DNA of 57,823 nt, taken from the NCBI GenBank assembly GCA_003155695.1, contig PMDZ01000004.1, positions 51,257 through 109,079 of the forward strand, given 5' to 3'. The DNA comes from Candidatus Nomurabacteria bacterium. GTDB lineage: Bacteria > Patescibacteriota > Minisyncoccia > Phycocordibacterales > UBA9973. The first letter of the stretch is position 1. Every line of letters begins with the position of its first letter. This document shows, one piece after another, positions 55,782 through 57,823 of the stretch. Below the pieces are notes generated by a model, which worked only from the letters and a program-made list of their open reading frames with translations, was not told the origin of the DNA and searched no databases. The position numbers were made by a program, and so were the translations under genes.

Positions 55782-55822
55782 ACAAAAAGAAAATCCCCGA
55801 TAGAGAGGGGACTTTCTTTTTT
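55782..55822. terminator. hairpin terminator between the tiny Lys-rich ORF and secA
   Basis: TCCCC-GATAGAGA-GGGGA flanked by A- and T-runs. Confidence 0.5.
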
Positions 55823-55836
55823 AAAAAGTAAAATTA

Positions 55837-55881
55837 TTACTTCTTTTTCTTCTTTGCTGCTTTCTTTTTCTTTGCTGCCAT
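55837..55881 (-). CDS. candidate 14-aa Lys-rich micro-ORF MAAKKKKAAKKKKK
   Basis: Hand translation of the reverse complement: ATG GCA GCA AAG AAA AAG AAA GCA GCA AAG AAG AAA AAG AAG TAA. Followed by the terminator hairpin. Confidence 0.2.
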   Translation of the reverse strand: MAAKKKKAAKKKKK

Positions 55882-56247
55882 ATATTTTTAAAAAAATTAT
55901 TTTTAAAAGATGTATGATTTCACGACCTTGCAAATAAATTTTAGAAAAAGTTATTTGTAAAAAAATTTATCATACTCACATCTATATTATCGTACATATT
56001 CGTGCATACTGCAATGCTTTAAACGGAAAAAGTGTGGATAACTTTTTATTTTTAAAAACACTGAAATTAATTTTAAATTAATCTTTTAACAAAAATTTTC
56101 CTTTTAGTAACTAAAAACATTCCGCAAAAATATTCTCGGATTCACCACGCATAATTTTCTGTTGAAAATTTGCTCTGCTCGGCTCGACAGCCTGCGCAAG
56201 GGTTCACTCGAGAACATTTTTTCTCCATGTTTTCATTTTTTACAAAT

Positions 56248-56280
56248 GAAAAACACCGTGCTTTGGACAAGGTGTTTTTC
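56248..56280. terminator. terminator downstream of rnpB
   Basis: AAAACACC...GGTGTTTT stem with flanking A/T runs. Confidence 0.6.
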
Positions 56281-56287
56281 ATAATAT

Positions 56288-56593
56288 TGATTTGTATCTA
56301 TAAGCCGAGTTCTGTCCTCCGGCCGAAGCCGGAGCAATAGATATTTATCTAGGCCCGACGTTACCGTCAGGCTCAAGCGACTCAGACTCCCTAAAAAATA
56401 GAGAGAATACGGTCTTGCACACACGTAAGTATTTTGCCGTTTCACCCGAACTAAATCGGTTCGTCACTGTTCGCAACTCGGCGATTGCTCGCGATGGGTA
56501 TTACCCACTACGCTTGTCCGACCTAAGTCGAACTATGTGCTCGGACTTTCCTCACCCAGCCATTAGACTGGGCGCATCCATCCAATACAAACC
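56288..56593 (-). ncRNA. rnpB: RNase P RNA (bacterial, compact, about 305 nt)
   Basis: On the minus strand: GAGGAAAGTCCGAGC (56553-56539), GGGTGAAACGGC (about 56450-56439), ACAGAACTCGGCTTATA (about 56315-56299). P1 pairing is TTTGTAT (56591-56585) with ATACAAA (56297-56291). Confidence 0.85.
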
Positions 56594-56599
56594 TTGTAA

Positions 56600-56628
56600 A
56601 GTATATCAAAGCTAGCCCTGCTTGACAA
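56600..56628 (-). promoter_or_regulatory. rnpB promoter TTGTCA-17-TATACT
   Basis: Minus strand: TTGTCA (56628-56623), 17-nt spacer, TATACT (56605-56600). The predicted TSS matches the P1 5' end. Confidence 0.65.
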
Positions 56629-56650
56629 TATCATCCCAATTTGCTATACT
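56622..56650 (+). promoter_or_regulatory. consensus promoter TTGACA-17-TATACT, divergent from and sharing its -35 with the rnpB promoter
   Basis: TTGACA at 56622-56627, 17-nt spacer, TATACT at 56645-56650. Confidence 0.6.
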
Positions 56651-56656
56651 AAACCT

Positions 56657-56750
56657 AGTGAGTAAAGAATTCCTACGCTTAATATAAATTTATTTTATTA
56701 AAGCAATTGCATAGCAAAACCCCTTCGAGCAATCGGAGGGGTTTTGTATT
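56657..56750 (+). ncRNA. candidate small RNA 1 (about 93 nt, promoter to terminator)
   Basis: Bounded by the consensus promoter and by the terminator AAAACCCCTTCG...CGGAGGGGTTTT + T-run (56716-56750). Contains no ORF above 9 codons. Confidence 0.35.
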
Positions 56751-56786
56751 ATTGGTATTTTGAATCATATAAGATATAATAGTTGG

Positions 56787-56903
56787 GTAGCCGTTGTGTG
56801 TTTTAGTCAGCGGCTGCACTCACATATGCAATTGTGTTGGAGTTTAGCACCCGCTGACTCAAGCACATAACAAAAAATCTTCCATCACTGGAAGATTTTT
56901 TGT
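56787..56903 (+). ncRNA. candidate small RNA 2 (about 115 nt, extended hairpin plus terminator)
   Basis: Promoter TTGGTA-17-TATAAT (56752-56780). Stems GTTGTGTG (56793-56800)/CACATAAC (56864-56871) and GTCAGCGG (56806-56813)/CCGCTGAC (56851-56858). Terminator AAAAATCTTCCA-TCAC-TGGAAGATTTTT. Confidence 0.4.
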
Positions 56904-57106
56904 TATCTTTTTTATTTAAATAAGTATTCATTCATAATCGAGCAATAAAATATTTTTTCTATTGTTCCGTCCTATCAGGTCTTTCCCTTGTTGTCAGATT
57001 TCTTTTAGAACAAAAATCATTGTTCATTATGTGCTCAATTGAGGCACATAATATCGACTCAATAAGACCGTCTTACTCAATAAATTGAGGTAAGAGATCG
57101 GTTTCA

Positions 57107-57823
57107 AATTGAATTATTCCACGAACAGCTTCCGCTACCCGTGCCTTGTTACGACTTATTCCCTGTTACCGAGCTTACTGTAGGCCCTCCGTATGGAGAG
57201 ATTTCGAGCACTCCCGGCTCCCTTGAATTGACGGGCGGTGAGTACAAGACTTGAGAACGTATTCACCGCGGTATATATGACCCGCGATTACTAGTAATTC
57301 CAACTTCATGGGGTCGAGTTGCAGCCCCCAATCCGAACTGGCGCAATTTTTATTAGGATTCGCTCAGGGTTACCCCGTCGCTGCCCGTTGTAATTGCGAT
57401 TGTATTATGTGTGTAGCCCAAGGTATCAAGGGTCATGCTGACCTGGCGTCATCCTCCCCTTCCTCCCCGACCAAAAAATACAATTAAGAATTAATAATTA
57501 ATAATTAATAATTTGAAATACATTGCTGAATTTCTCATTCTTAATTCTTAATTCTTAATTAATAATTACATCCTTGGGTCGGGGCAGTCTCGTGTGACAC
57601 TTATAACACACAACGAGGGTTGCGTTCGTTACCCCACTTAAGGGAACAATTCAAACCACGAACTGACGACGGCCATGCAACACCTGTCAACTAGTCTTGC
57701 GAGGGCTCTAGTTTCTTAGAGCTTTCACGTTGATTTCTAACCTTGGTAAGGTTCTTCGTTTATCATCGAATTAAACCACATAATCCACTACTTGTGCAAG
57801 TCCCCGTCTATTCCTTTGAGTTT
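57107..57823 (-). rRNA. rrs: 16S rRNA, 3' portion (E. coli ~907 to 3' end), runs off the window
   Basis: Reverse complement contains AAACTCAAAGGAATAGACGGGGAC, GCATGGCCGTCGTCAG, AACGAACGCAACCC, GAGGAAGGGGAGGATGACGCCAGGTCA, GTACTCACCGCCCGTCA and AAGTCGTAACAAGG. Divergent at universal primer sites, as in CPR. Confidence 0.92.
57473..57576 (-). repeat. 104-nt A+T-rich insertion in 16S helix 40 (AT-rich TAATTA-type element, copy 3 of 3)
   Basis: Flanked by the helix-40 stem CCCCGACC (57465-57472) / GGTCGGGG (57577-57584). E. coli has only CCAGTGATAAACTGG at this position. Confidence 0.75.

Noticed and set aside
56033-56041. Perfect DnaA box TTATCCACA (reverse complement of TGTGGATAA) in the AT-rich gap upstream of the micro-ORF; another perfect box at 33634-33642 and a near-perfect box at 11446-11454
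   Set aside because: These are isolated single boxes tens of kb apart, one of them inside a coding sequence. There is no cluster, no adjacent dnaA/dnaN and no AT-rich unwinding repeats, so this is not evidence for oriC.
56233-56615. ORFs 56233-56445 (-) and 56415-56615 (+)
   Set aside because: They overlap the RNase P RNA gene, whose conserved core motifs explain the region.
56787-56903. Small RNA 2 as SRP (4.5S) RNA, 6S RNA or 5S rRNA
   Set aside because: It is an extended hairpin like 4.5S, but the apical loop is UAUGCAAU rather than GNRA and the conserved symmetric/asymmetric loop sequences are absent. It is too short for 6S and has no 5S loop motifs.
57473-57576. Group I/II intron or homing-endonuclease insertion in 16S
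   Set aside because: The insert is only 104 nt and almost pure A+T. It has no ORF and nothing resembling the P3-P7 core or a G-binding site.

Overview
Low-GC (about one third G+C by eye), gene-dense bacterial window. It has the hallmarks of a Candidate Phyla Radiation / Patescibacteria (Parcubacteria-like) genome: a divergent 16S rRNA with an insertion, a compact RNase P RNA, many small membrane proteins, and almost no Shine-Dalgarno motifs. The core is housekeeping: gyrA, rpsA, pth, lepB, hisS, def, fmt, hpf, a DEAD-box helicase, csp, mscL, dinB, purH, pepN, rnhB, dnaE, secA, rnpB, a partial 16S, tRNA-Glu and tRNA-Asn. Features worth a second look: (1) 35.6-43.1 kb holds nine small gene cassettes, each bounded by a same-orientation degenerate copy of the 3' end of tRNA-Asn, ending at the real tRNA-Asn gene, with no recombinase in the window. 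(2) A 150-nt tRNA-Asn-derived, highly structured RNA-like element lies directly upstream of tRNA-Asn. (3) Five tandem paralogs of a VirB2/TrbC-like two-helix pilin module occur at 2.4-5.5 kb, the last fused to an IPT/TIG adhesin-like ectodomain. (4) A 104-nt, almost pure A+T insertion sits in 16S helix 40 and belongs to a dispersed TAATTA-rich palindromic repeat family. (5) The 16S 3' tail lacks the CCUCC anti-SD at its canonical position, and many genes have an extended -10 box 5-8 nt from the start codon, which suggests leaderless mRNAs. (6) One secreted protein carries a Bacteroidota-type T9SS C-terminal sorting domain. No CRISPR array, integrase or transposase gene was recognised. All protein calls rest on motif recognition in the supplied translations, not on database searches.
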